From: a virus
Taxonomy: Duplodnaviria > Caudoviricetes
Strand: one strand, 5' to 3'
Virus record (IMG/VR): IMGVR_UViG_3300037264_002957
Coordinates: 1-54,088 of that record
DNA length: 54,088 nucleotides
In this document: in pieces, positions 24,594-33,354 of the stretch
How positions within the stretch are numbered: position 1 is the stretch's first letter
Layout of the letters: each line of letters begins with the position of its first letter
The notes under the pieces: model-generated
The model's database searches: none
Told to the model about the DNA's origin: nothing
What the model saw: the letters and a program-made list of their open reading frames with translations, nothing else
Position numbers and translations under genes: made by a program

Positions 24594-25163
24594 ATGTCAC
24601 TCAATGCAACGTCCCTGGTCGGCGCCGTTTCGGCGGGCCAGACCCAGATCACCCTCACCTCGGGCACCGGAGTCGCCGTCGGCAAGATCATTCGCATCGA
24701 CGGCGAGAAGGTGGAAATCCTGAGCATTGCCAACTCGCCCACGCTGCTGGTGCGCCGCGGCGTTTCCGGCACCGCGGCGATTGCGCACGACCCGCTCGCG
24801 CAGGCGGTCATCGGAGACGCGGCGGACTTCCCGCCGACGATCTTCCCGCTCGACCCGAAGCAGCGCAGCTACGGCCAGGACGGCGCGATCGCCGTCGAGG
24901 ATAGCCAGGACACGCTCAACAAGGCCACGGCCGGCGCCTACACGCTGGCGGATCCGACGCACGCCCAGAACTTCATCACAAAGGTGATCACGTCGCGGAC
25001 GGCCGCGGCGCATGTCATCACCGGCGTGAACATCTGGGACGGCACCGCGGGTGTCAACACGACGTTGACGTTCGCGGCGGTCGCAGGCGCGTCGGTCACC
25101 TTGCAGGCGCAGAACGGCGCCTGGAACGTGCTCGCGCTCGTCGCGGTCACCCCGGCTCCGTAA
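24594..25163 (+). CDS. putative capsid decoration protein
   Basis: SD gaggag; beta-rich; C-terminal domain paralogous to next gene (DGAI...KA.A.A.TLA.PT...ITS..A.AHV.T). Confidence 0.65.
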   Translation: MSLNATSLVGAVSAGQTQITLTSGTGVAVGKIIRIDGEKVEILSIANSPTLLVRRGVSGTAAIAHDPLAQAVIGDAADFPPTIFPLDPKQRSYGQDGAIAVEDSQDTLNKATAGAYTLADPTHAQNFITKVITSRTAAAHVITGVNIWDGTAGVNTTLTFAAVAGASVTLQAQNGAWNVLALVAVTPAP

Positions 25164-25170
25164 CCCTCTG

Positions 25171-25220
25171 CCTGAGTGCGGCCCTCTTCGGAGCGCCGCA
25201 CTCAGGGTTGTTTTCTTTTC
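25171..25220 (+). terminator. intrinsic terminator after capsid genes
   Basis: cctgagtgcggc..TTCG..gccgcactcagg then ttgttttctttt. Confidence 0.85.
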
Positions 25221-25243
25221 ACTTTTGACACGAGGGACTCAGT

Positions 25244-25687
25244 ATGCCGAACGGACTCACGCTTCTGGCGGGTGAAGGCGCGTTCACCGCCACCGAAAAG
25301 AAGATTCTCAACGACAACGCCGGCTTGACCGTGGACCTGACCGGCGAGCAGACGCTGACCAACAAGCGCACGCCGAAAGTCGAAACCATCATCACCGGCG
25401 ATGGCGCGATCACGATCGCGGACGGTCTGGTGACGCTCACCAAAGGGTCGGCGGCGGCCATTACGCTGGCGGCACCGACGGCGGCGCAGGCCGGCACCGT
25501 GATCGTCATTACCGCCGGCAGCGCCTTCGCGCACGTGGTGACCGCGACGGGGCTCCTGGAAGATGGTGTCGTCGGCGGCGCGAAGAATACGGCGACGTTC
25601 GCGGCCTTCAGGGGGGCGACGATCACCCTCGTGGCGTCCCAGTTGAAGTGGAACGTCGTGAGCAAGAACGTCGTGACCGTCGCGTAA
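25244..25687 (+). CDS. putative capsid decoration/fibre protein (paralog of 24594-25163)
   Basis: QTLTNK motif; ITGDGAITI...TLAAPT...AHVVT. Confidence 0.65.
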   Translation: MPNGLTLLAGEGAFTATEKKILNDNAGLTVDLTGEQTLTNKRTPKVETIITGDGAITIADGLVTLTKGSAAAITLAAPTAAQAGTVIVITAGSAFAHVVTATGLLEDGVVGGAKNTATFAAFRGATITLVASQLKWNVVSKNVVTVA

Positions 25688-25696
25688 AGGCTGCCC

Positions 25697-25927
25697 ATGA
25701 CCTTCAATCGCCTCGTTGCGATTACGCCCAGCGATACGGTGAACTTCGAGAAACCACCAGACGCGATTTATGTCGGCACGGCCGGCGTAGTCGCGCTGGT
25801 GTTCGAGTCAGGCGCGGTGGTCAATATCACCGCCGTGGCTGGCGCGTTTCTTCACATCCGCCATGTGAAGCGCGTCAACAGCACCAGTACGACGGCCACA
25901 AACATGCTGGCCTGCTACAGCGTGTAG
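25697..25927 (+). CDS. head spike base protein (RCAP_rcc01079-like)
   Basis: AITPSD...AIYVGTAG...VKRVNSTSTTAT pattern. Confidence 0.75.
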   Translation: MTFNRLVAITPSDTVNFEKPPDAIYVGTAGVVALVFESGAVVNITAVAGAFLHIRHVKRVNSTSTTATNMLACYSV

Positions 25928-26034
25928 CTCCAGTTGGTCGCAAAGGCTGAACGGCGTCAAGATTCACTCGTTCTGAGTCCCGTGCCGTGGCGGCGGGCCG
26001 ATTCGTTCACGAACTGCCACGTGAAAGCGACCTT

Positions 26035-26607
26035 ATGGCTCCGGTAGTGATCGAAGAATACCCGAAAATCCTGTATCACACGGATGGCAGCGCCATCCAG
26101 GTGGAGAACGAGGCAGAGGAGCGCACCGCCATCGCCAAGCACGGGTTCTTGGAGTCGCCGCCCTCGAGCGCGCCTCCGGAACCCACAGGAACGTCCGGCT
26201 ACGTGCCTGTCGAGTACCCGAAGGTGCTCTACGACGGCAAAGGCGGCACCCGCACGGTGCTGGACCCCGAGGGCGAGGCCAAGATGGCCACACTCGGCTT
26301 TGTCGAGGATGTGAACGGTCCACCACTGTCCGAGCCACTCGCCGGACCACAGGCCGCGCCGCCACCCTCAACGCCGCCGCCACCGGCTGCCAGCGCAGTC
26401 GCGACGGAGTTCGAGTCGTTCGCCCCCATCGTGGACGAGGATCTGCCAGAATCGCCCATCGTGGTGCCGGACGAGGTCGCTCCACCGAAGGCGAAGGGTG
26501 GGCGTCCGACCAAGGCCGCCGCCGCGTTGAAGGCGGCGGAAAAGAAGGCCGCGGCCGAAGAGAAGGCCCGGAAGAAAGCCGAAAAGGCCGCGAAAGCGAC
26601 GAAGTAA
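26035..26607 (+). CDS. hypothetical virion-region protein with duplicated EYPK.LY module
   Basis: EYPKILYH and EYPKVLYD; Pro-rich middle, Lys/Ala tail. Confidence 0.65.
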   Translation: MAPVVIEEYPKILYHTDGSAIQVENEAEERTAIAKHGFLESPPSSAPPEPTGTSGYVPVEYPKVLYDGKGGTRTVLDPEGEAKMATLGFVEDVNGPPLSEPLAGPQAAPPPSTPPPPAASAVATEFESFAPIVDEDLPESPIVVPDEVAPPKAKGGRPTKAAAALKAAEKKAAAEEKARKKAEKAAKATK

Positions 26608-26619
26608 TTCGGAGGTCCT

Positions 26620-27360
26620 GTGCCGACGACGGTAACGTGCCGACAGCTCATTGAAGGCGCGCTGAAGATGCTGGGCGTCGTCGGCGCCGGCATCACCATG
26701 TCCGGCGAGGCGGCGGTGGACGGGTTTCTCGTGGCCAACGAGATGCTCGACGGCCTGGCGACCGAACGGCTCACGATCTACACGAACGCGACCAGCACCT
26801 ACCCGCTGACGGCCAGTCAGGCCAGCTACACGATTGGCGTCGGCGGGAACTTCAACCAGGCGCGGCCGCTGTGGATTGCCGCGGCGGGCATCATTGACGA
26901 TGACACACTCCCGAACCCGATCGAGATTCCAATTCGGGTTCTCAATCAGCAGGGCTGGTCGACCGTCAGCATCAAGTCTCTGACCGGGACGACCGTCCGG
27001 GCGATCTACTACGACAACTCCTGGGCTGCCGGGTTGGGCCGCATCTACGTGCACCCGATTCCGACCGGCAGTGACGTGGCGCTGGTGCTCTACACCCCCA
27101 CGGCGTTGACGGAATTCGCCTCATTGGCCACCCCGTATTCGTTCCCACCTGGGTATCGCCGGATGCTGCGAGCCCTGCTCGCGATTGAACTGGCCCCGTT
27201 CTATGAAGTCGAAGTGCCGGCATCGGTGTTCACGATTGCCACGCAGGCCAGGGCCTACGTGAAGCGCGCGAACATCAAGTTCAACGTGCTGGGCGTCGAC
27301 CGAGGCTTGATGGTGCAGGCGGCTCGAGGGCGCCGGTATGACATCTCGGCCGATGAGTAA
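26620..27360 (+). CDS. P22 gp4-like head-tail adaptor
   Basis: LIEGALKMLGV...NEMLD, PPGYRRMLRALLAIELAPFY; position. Confidence 0.8.
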   Translation: MPTTVTCRQLIEGALKMLGVVGAGITMSGEAAVDGFLVANEMLDGLATERLTIYTNATSTYPLTASQASYTIGVGGNFNQARPLWIAAAGIIDDDTLPNPIEIPIRVLNQQGWSTVSIKSLTGTTVRAIYYDNSWAAGLGRIYVHPIPTGSDVALVLYTPTALTEFASLATPYSFPPGYRRMLRALLAIELAPFYEVEVPASVFTIATQARAYVKRANIKFNVLGVDRGLMVQAARGRRYDISADE

Positions 27361-27366
27361 CCCCAG

Positions 27367-28803
27367 ATGGAGTACCCCGCGTTCATCAATGGGAGCTACC
27401 AGTCGCAGAGTTACGCTGCCGACAATGAGCGGACCGTCAATTTCTTCCTCGAGCTGATGGAGTCAGGCGGCTCGGCCACGCGCGCGGCGCTGTACCCAAC
27501 GCCTGGCTTCTCACAGTTCGGACCGACGCCTGACGAAAACCCCGTTCGCGGTGCGTGGTTTGGGGCGGGGCGCCTCTTGGTGGCGGTCGGTGGCGTTTTG
27601 GAAGAACGCACCGCTGACGGGGTCCGGATCAGTCGCGGCTCGATCGCCAACGACAATACGCCAGTCACGTTCGAGACCAATGGGGATGGGGGCGGTGAGG
27701 TGTTCTTTTCGAGCGCAGGGGTTGGCTACCTCTTTACGCTCGCCACCAATGTCTTAACCACGGTCGTGCAGGACGTGGACTTTGCGGGGTATCTCGACGG
27801 CTTCTTCCTTGGCCTTGACGTCGATACCTCGACCTTTAAGATTTCGGAATTCTACACGGGGGGGACCTGGGATCCCACGCAGATCGCCCAGCGGAACGTC
27901 GCGTCCGATACGTGGGTGGCGATGTGGGTCAACAACCGTGAGATTTGGCTCTTTGGCAGCCTGACGACAGAAGTCTGGTACAACAACGGGTCCGCGCCAT
28001 TCCCGTTCGGGCCCATTGATAACGCGTTCATCGAGCATGGCATCGCGGCGCCACGGAGTGTCGCGAGTCTGGATGGTCGAGTCGTCTGGTTGGCCGCGAA
28101 TGAAAACGGCAGTGGGATTGTGCGTCTCTCGGAAGGCTGGAACGGCATCCGCATTAGCAACCATGCCATCGAGTACGCCATGCAGAATTACAGCACGATC
28201 AGTGATGCGATCGGGTGGTCCTACGAACAGTACGGCCACGAATTCTACATCTTGGAGTTCCCGACGGCCGGCAAGACGTGGGTCTACGATGCGTTGACCA
28301 AAATCTGGTGTGAGCGGTCGTCGTGGGACGAGACTCTCGGCATCGAAACGGCCTGGCGGGCGCGGTGGCACGTCAAGGCCTTCGAGAAACACATCGTGGG
28401 CGATCGGCTGACTGGGCGATTGTTTGAAATGTCCGACCGGTTCTTCTACGACGTCGATGGGAACCTCATCCGTCGCGTGCGCAGGGCGCCGCATATGGGC
28501 AACGAGCTGCGGCGTATCAAGTACGCCGAGTTCAAGTTGGACCTGCAGCCAGGCGTGGGCCTGTCGACCGGCCAAGGGTCGGACCCGATGGTGATGATGC
28601 GGTACTCTGACGATGGGGGCAAGACGTGGAGTCCCGAGTTTTGGCGGTCGGCCGGCCTGGTGGGCGAGCACGATGCGGTCGTGCAATGGAACGCGCTCGG
28701 CCAGGCGCGGCGGCGGGTATTCGAGGTCATTTTTACCGATCCGGTGCCGTGGCGTATTTTGAATGCCTATGTGAGGCTGGGGTCGCTAAATGCCATCGTT
28801 TGA
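27367..28803 (+). CDS. P22 gp10-like tail hub / DNA stabilization protein
   Basis: LYPTPG, YLDGFF, IWLFGSLTTEVWYN, RISNHAIE, TWVYD, MRYSDDGGKTWS, W.ALG..R.RVFEV..TDPV. Confidence 0.9.
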   Translation: MEYPAFINGSYQSQSYAADNERTVNFFLELMESGGSATRAALYPTPGFSQFGPTPDENPVRGAWFGAGRLLVAVGGVLEERTADGVRISRGSIANDNTPVTFETNGDGGGEVFFSSAGVGYLFTLATNVLTTVVQDVDFAGYLDGFFLGLDVDTSTFKISEFYTGGTWDPTQIAQRNVASDTWVAMWVNNREIWLFGSLTTEVWYNNGSAPFPFGPIDNAFIEHGIAAPRSVASLDGRVVWLAANENGSGIVRLSEGWNGIRISNHAIEYAMQNYSTISDAIGWSYEQYGHEFYILEFPTAGKTWVYDALTKIWCERSSWDETLGIETAWRARWHVKAFEKHIVGDRLTGRLFEMSDRFFYDVDGNLIRRVRRAPHMGNELRRIKYAEFKLDLQPGVGLSTGQGSDPMVMMRYSDDGGKTWSPEFWRSAGLVGEHDAVVQWNALGQARRRVFEVIFTDPVPWRILNAYVRLGSLNAIV

Positions 28804-31165
28804 TCCGCACGCGAATTTCGCCTACAGCACGGTCGCCACCGCGCCGAGCCCTGCTGCCAGTGGAACATCCCTCACGTTAGCCACCGGGGGCGGGGCCTTA
28901 ATGCCCACCGCCCCGTTCAACGCGACCGTGTGGCCCGCGGGCGCGCAACCGTTGTCCTCGAACGCGGAAATCGTGCGGGTGACGGGGGTTGCAGGCGACG
29001 TGCTCACGATCGTGCGCGCCCAAGAAGGCAGCTCGGCGCGGAGCATCCTGGTGGGGGACCAGTTCTCAGCCACCATCACAAAGAAGACACTGACGGATAT
29101 CGAGACGGTCGTCCCGGCGGTCGGGTCGATCTCGGCCGGCGCGGCGAGTGCCTCACTCGGACAGGTCGTCTTCAGTAACAGCAACGGGGTGACCTTCGGC
29201 CTCAACGGGCAGACGGTGACGGCCACTGTTGCCACAAACTACCTGACGACCGCGATGGCCAGCAACCGCGGCTCGGACTTTGTCCAGGCGACGGCCGCCT
29301 TCGCTGGGACCAACGCGAGCGGGACGATCGCGAGCAGCGGCATTTCGATCTCCGTGGCGGCCCCTGGTGGTGGAGGCCTGACGAATATCAAAGTCTCCGG
29401 TGGGACCCTGAGCGCCCTGCGCTCGGACCTGACGTTCGGGGATAGCAACGGGGTGAGCTTCGGCCTGAACACCAATGGCGTGATCACCGCCACCGTGGCG
29501 ACGAACTATCAGAGCCAGGGGGCGTACCTCACCACGGCGATGGCCTCGAATCGCGGCACCGACTTTGTGCAGGCCACGGCGGCGTTTGCCGGGACGAACG
29601 CGAGCGGCACCATCAACAGCACCGGCATTTCCGTGTCAGTCAACGCGACGGTCGAGCAGAGCAACCAGACCGTCGGCCTGTACGCGTCATCGAACACGTA
29701 CCTGACGAGTTCCGGCACGGTTGATGCGCGGAGCCTGACCTTCCGCGGCGACAAGTCAATCACGGTCGGCGTGAGCGCCGGCGAGGTCATGTTCTCGGTC
29801 GGGGCCTACCTCACGACCGCGGCCCTGTCCGGTGACACCTCCAAGTACGTGCAGGCATGGGAACTGACGGGCAACACCGCCGGCACCACCAGTTCCGCAC
29901 AAGGCACGAAGATCTATTTTGAGGGCGGGCAGGGCATCACCGTCTCTGGGAACAGCAACACGATCAAGTTGTCCGTGGGGTCGTACATCACGACCGCCAT
30001 GGCGTCAAACCGCGGGTCCGACTTCGTGGCGGCGACCGCGGCGTTTGCCGGCACCAGCGCGTCAGGCACCATCAACAGCACTGGTATTTCGGTGAGCATC
30101 GGCCCCTACATCACGACCGCGATGTTGAGCAACGCGGCGACGATCAGTAACATCAAGGTCAGCGCGGGCACCCTCTCCGCGCTTCGCTCGGATATTACGT
30201 TCGTCAATTCGCAGGGGATTTCCTTTGGTCTCGAAACCAATGGCCAGATCACGGCGACCGTCGCGACGGCTTCGGTGATGAACATTTCAGCAGGCACGAC
30301 CAGCCAGACGTTTGGCAGCGTCGTGTTCTCCAACTCGCACGGCTACTCGTTCGGCCTGAATGGATCAACCGTGACCGTCAACGGCCCGTACTTCAGTTAT
30401 TTTAGGCCCATTGACTTTAATAACACGTTGACGTTCAGCTTCGCCCAGTCCACCTCGTATTGCGCGCCGTTCGAGTTGCCAGCGAACTACAGTTTCGACC
30501 GAATGCGGATTGTCGTCTCAGGGTCCGTCGCGGCGTCTCAGACACAAGCGACCACGGGCAACACCTCGCTCTCGATGAGTGCCATCACGTCGCACAATAT
30601 CGTCATCTACTCCCGTGGGGTGGGGGCGAACTCCTTGTCACTGCAATATGTGACCTCGACGCAGCACGTCGATCAATGCCTGATGACGGCGTCGGTCGCC
30701 GCGGGCAACTCGTCACAGCACAGCATCAGCTTGCGATTCACGTTTGGCTCAAACTCGTTCACGAAAGACTACTCCAGTTCGGTGACGCGCCAGGATTGGC
30801 ACACCTCGCACCTCACGGATTTGACGGGCGTGAAGTATCTCGACATTCCATTGGGCATCTCCTTGTCGCCAGGCATGTACTGGATCGGGTACGGCCGGTC
30901 AACGACGTTCGCGACGCAGGCCGCGTCGGTGTCCGTGGCCACGCGCATGGCCGTCAGCCACAACAGCATGTTTGCGGTCAGTCAAAATACGCTCGCGATG
31001 GGAATGCTTGGTGGGGCCACGAACTCCAGCGTGGGATGGATGCCGGGCCACGGCAGCTTCACGACCAGCGGCGCGGCCGGTACGACGTCGTCTGTCGGAT
31101 TGGCTGTCATTTCCACAACCGGATCGAATAACGTGCTGTACGCCCAGTTTATGAGGATCACGTAA
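28790..31165 (+). CDS. Ser/Thr-rich tail fibre-like protein with internal repeats
   Basis: N-terminal EIVRVT...LTIVRAQEG domain; three copies of YLTTAMASNRGSDFV.ATAAFAGT.ASGTI and several NSNG.SFGL units. Confidence 0.7.
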   Translation: MPSFDPHANFAYSTVATAPSPAASGTSLTLATGGGALMPTAPFNATVWPAGAQPLSSNAEIVRVTGVAGDVLTIVRAQEGSSARSILVGDQFSATITKKTLTDIETVVPAVGSISAGAASASLGQVVFSNSNGVTFGLNGQTVTATVATNYLTTAMASNRGSDFVQATAAFAGTNASGTIASSGISISVAAPGGGGLTNIKVSGGTLSALRSDLTFGDSNGVSFGLNTNGVITATVATNYQSQGAYLTTAMASNRGTDFVQATAAFAGTNASGTINSTGISVSVNATVEQSNQTVGLYASSNTYLTSSGTVDARSLTFRGDKSITVGVSAGEVMFSVGAYLTTAALSGDTSKYVQAWELTGNTAGTTSSAQGTKIYFEGGQGITVSGNSNTIKLSVGSYITTAMASNRGSDFVAATAAFAGTSASGTINSTGISVSIGPYITTAMLSNAATISNIKVSAGTLSALRSDITFVNSQGISFGLETNGQITATVATASVMNISAGTTSQTFGSVVFSNSHGYSFGLNGSTVTVNGPYFSYFRPIDFNNTLTFSFAQSTSYCAPFELPANYSFDRMRIVVSGSVAASQTQATTGNTSLSMSAITSHNIVIYSRGVGANSLSLQYVTSTQHVDQCLMTASVAAGNSSQHSISLRFTFGSNSFTKDYSSSVTRQDWHTSHLTDLTGVKYLDIPLGISLSPGMYWIGYGRSTTFATQAASVSVATRMAVSHNSMFAVSQNTLAMGMLGGATNSSVGWMPGHGSFTTSGAAGTTSSVGLAVISTTGSNNVLYAQFMRIT

Positions 31166-31888
31166 ATGGGGAAGCCAGAACTGGTGATGCAGTCCTTTGG
31201 GGGGCGTCACAACGACAATCCAGGTGCCACCTCCGCGAGACTCTTGAAGGGAGGCTCGTGGAAAAAGCAGCGGATTGTGCTGGTGCTCCCGGCGGCGGAC
31301 TCGATTCCCGCCAAAGTCTGCCTGTCACATTGGAACTTGATCTTCCCGCCGAATCAAGGCGTCTGTCGCATCCTGGCGCAGGGCATGGAGGTGGGCGACG
31401 CCTACAGTTCCGCCCTCGAGCAAGTGATCGCGCACCCCGACCTCGGCACGTGGGAGTACCTCTTGACGATTGAGCACGACAACATGCCGCCCCCTGACGG
31501 CGTGCTGAAGCTGATTGAGCAGCTCGAGGCGCACAAGGAACTGGCGTGCGTCGGCGGCCTCTATTTCACGAAGGGCGAAGGCGGCGTGGCGCAAATCTGG
31601 GGTGATCCGAAGGACCCGGTGACGAACTTCCGGCCGCAAGTGCCGGTGCCTGGGCAGCTCGTGGAATGCTGCGGGACCGGGATGGGCTTCAACCTCTGGC
31701 GGCTGTCGATGTTCAAGGACCCAAAGCTCGCGAAGCCATGGTTCAAGACGAAAGCGAGTGCGGCCGAGGGGGTGGGCACGCAGGATCTGGCGTTCTGGGC
31801 CGAGGCAAGAAAGTACGGCTATCGGTGTGCGATTGACTGCAGCGTGCTCGTCGGGCATTACGAACACTCCACAGACACGGTTTGGTGA
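31166..31888 (+). CDS. GT-A fold glycosyltransferase-like protein
   Basis: YLLTIEHD (DxD-like), VGGLYFTK, GTGMGF.L, TQDLAF, GYRCAIDCSVLVGH. Confidence 0.75.
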   Translation: MGKPELVMQSFGGRHNDNPGATSARLLKGGSWKKQRIVLVLPAADSIPAKVCLSHWNLIFPPNQGVCRILAQGMEVGDAYSSALEQVIAHPDLGTWEYLLTIEHDNMPPPDGVLKLIEQLEAHKELACVGGLYFTKGEGGVAQIWGDPKDPVTNFRPQVPVPGQLVECCGTGMGFNLWRLSMFKDPKLAKPWFKTKASAAEGVGTQDLAFWAEARKYGYRCAIDCSVLVGHYEHSTDTVW

Positions 31889-31906
31889 TCGAGAAACGAG
31901 GATTGA

Positions 31907-32479
31907 ATGCGAGCGGTAAAGGCGAAGCGGTTACGGAAAGAACAGACGCTGCTGAAGTTGGACTTCGGCTGCGGCCCCCACAAGCGTGAGGGGTTCACGG
32001 GCGTCGACATGACGCCCTTCGTGGGCGTCGATCAGGTCGTGGACCTGACGCAGTTTCCGTATCCCTGGGACGACAACAGCATCACGGAGGCGCACGCCTC
32101 GCATTTTCTGGAGCACCTGACGGCGATCCAGCGGTGCGGGTTTGTGAACGAGCTGTATCGGATCCTCGTGCCAGGCGGCACCTGCCAGATCGTCGTGCCA
32201 CATTGGGCGTCCTGTCGCGCCTACGGCGATCCGACGCATCAGTGGCCCCCGGTGAGCGAGTTCTGGTTCTACTACCTGAGCAAGGAATGGCGGGCGGCGA
32301 ACGCGCCGCACACCGAGCAGCCGACGCTGCCGGACGGGTTCGCGTGCGACTTTCTCGCGACGTGGGGCTATTCGCTGCGCGGCGATATGGCCGTCCGCAA
32401 TCAGGAGTATCAGCAGATGGCGATCCAGAACTACAAGGAAGTCTGCCAGGACCTTATATGCACTCTAACCAGAAAATAA
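31907..32479 (+). CDS. class I SAM-dependent methyltransferase
   Basis: LDFGCG, GVD, SHFLEH, ELYRILVPGG, DPTH. Confidence 0.88.
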   Translation: MRAVKAKRLRKEQTLLKLDFGCGPHKREGFTGVDMTPFVGVDQVVDLTQFPYPWDDNSITEAHASHFLEHLTAIQRCGFVNELYRILVPGGTCQIVVPHWASCRAYGDPTHQWPPVSEFWFYYLSKEWRAANAPHTEQPTLPDGFACDFLATWGYSLRGDMAVRNQEYQQMAIQNYKEVCQDLICTLTRK

Positions 32480-32628
32480 GCGCCGCAGATCTGATGTGGC
32501 TTGCCGGCTATTTAGAAGGCGAGGGGTGTTTTTCTGTCTCAGGCCGTGATGGCAACTACCCAAGGTTGACGGTTTACGCGCAGGCGGCGATATGGGCTGT
32601 GTTGAACGGAGACACATGGCTCTCCTGA
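32458..32628 (+). pseudogene. LAGLIDADG homing endonuclease remnant
   Basis: DLMWLAGYLEGEGCFSV motif in a 56-aa ORF. Confidence 0.65.
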
Positions 32629-32673
32629 TCGCGACGCTGACGAAGATCGCCCACTAACTGGACGTGACTCCTT

Positions 32674-33354
32674 ATGTTTGGCGGCAATTACTTCGGCTCC
32701 CCCTACCTGGGCCAGCACTATGCCCTCGGGGGAGCGGTGGTGGCGCCGGACCTTCAGGACATCGCCAGCCTGCTCTTCCCGGCCGTGCCGATTCGCTCGC
32801 CCGTCTTGGAGCAAGTGGCTCTGCGCGGGCCACAGGCCGTCTTGGGAGACGCCCTGTTGGACCGCATCGCGCGTTTGGAGTCGGTCCAGGAGCAAATGCT
32901 GCGGGAGGACTGGCCCATCAAACTCCTCTTCAACGTGGAGTGGCTGCGGTGGTTTAATACGCTACGCCAGCAGATGGCCACGACCTTGTCGGTGTCATTG
33001 ACGCTGCCGTTCTCCCTCGGGGGGTCCGATACCTCCTCGGTGCCCATGGCGGCCCCGCCGGCCTACGCCCCGTGCTGGAATGTGCACTACTTCATCGCGG
33101 GCGGCGATTTCGATTGCGTGGCCCGCGTGTGGATCTGGGCGCGCAACAGTGGGGTGCAGACCCGCGCGCGGCTGTACGACCTCACGTCTTCTGCCGCGGT
33201 GGGCAGTTCCGGGTGGGTCACCGCGACGGAGCGTCCGACGAACCCCGAAGTGTTTGAGGTCTCCATGACAGTGGGACATACCTATCGCCTGGAACTCATT
33301 ACAAACACGGCCTCCGAATCGTGCTACGGCATTGGTGACCTCTATGCGTCTTAG
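32674..33354 (+). CDS. hypothetical virion protein
   Basis: Position in tail module; EWLRWFNTL motif. Confidence 0.6.
   Translation: MFGGNYFGSPYLGQHYALGGAVVAPDLQDIASLLFPAVPIRSPVLEQVALRGPQAVLGDALLDRIARLESVQEQMLREDWPIKLLFNVEWLRWFNTLRQQMATTLSVSLTLPFSLGGSDTSSVPMAAPPAYAPCWNVHYFIAGGDFDCVARVWIWARNSGVQTRARLYDLTSSAAVGSSGWVTATERPTNPEVFEVSMTVGHTYRLELITNTASESCYGIGDLYAS

Noticed and set aside
29237-30100. Diversity-generating retroelement template/variable repeats in the fibre gene
   Set aside because: Repeats are in-frame, differ mostly at synonymous positions rather than at adenines, and no reverse transcriptase is present
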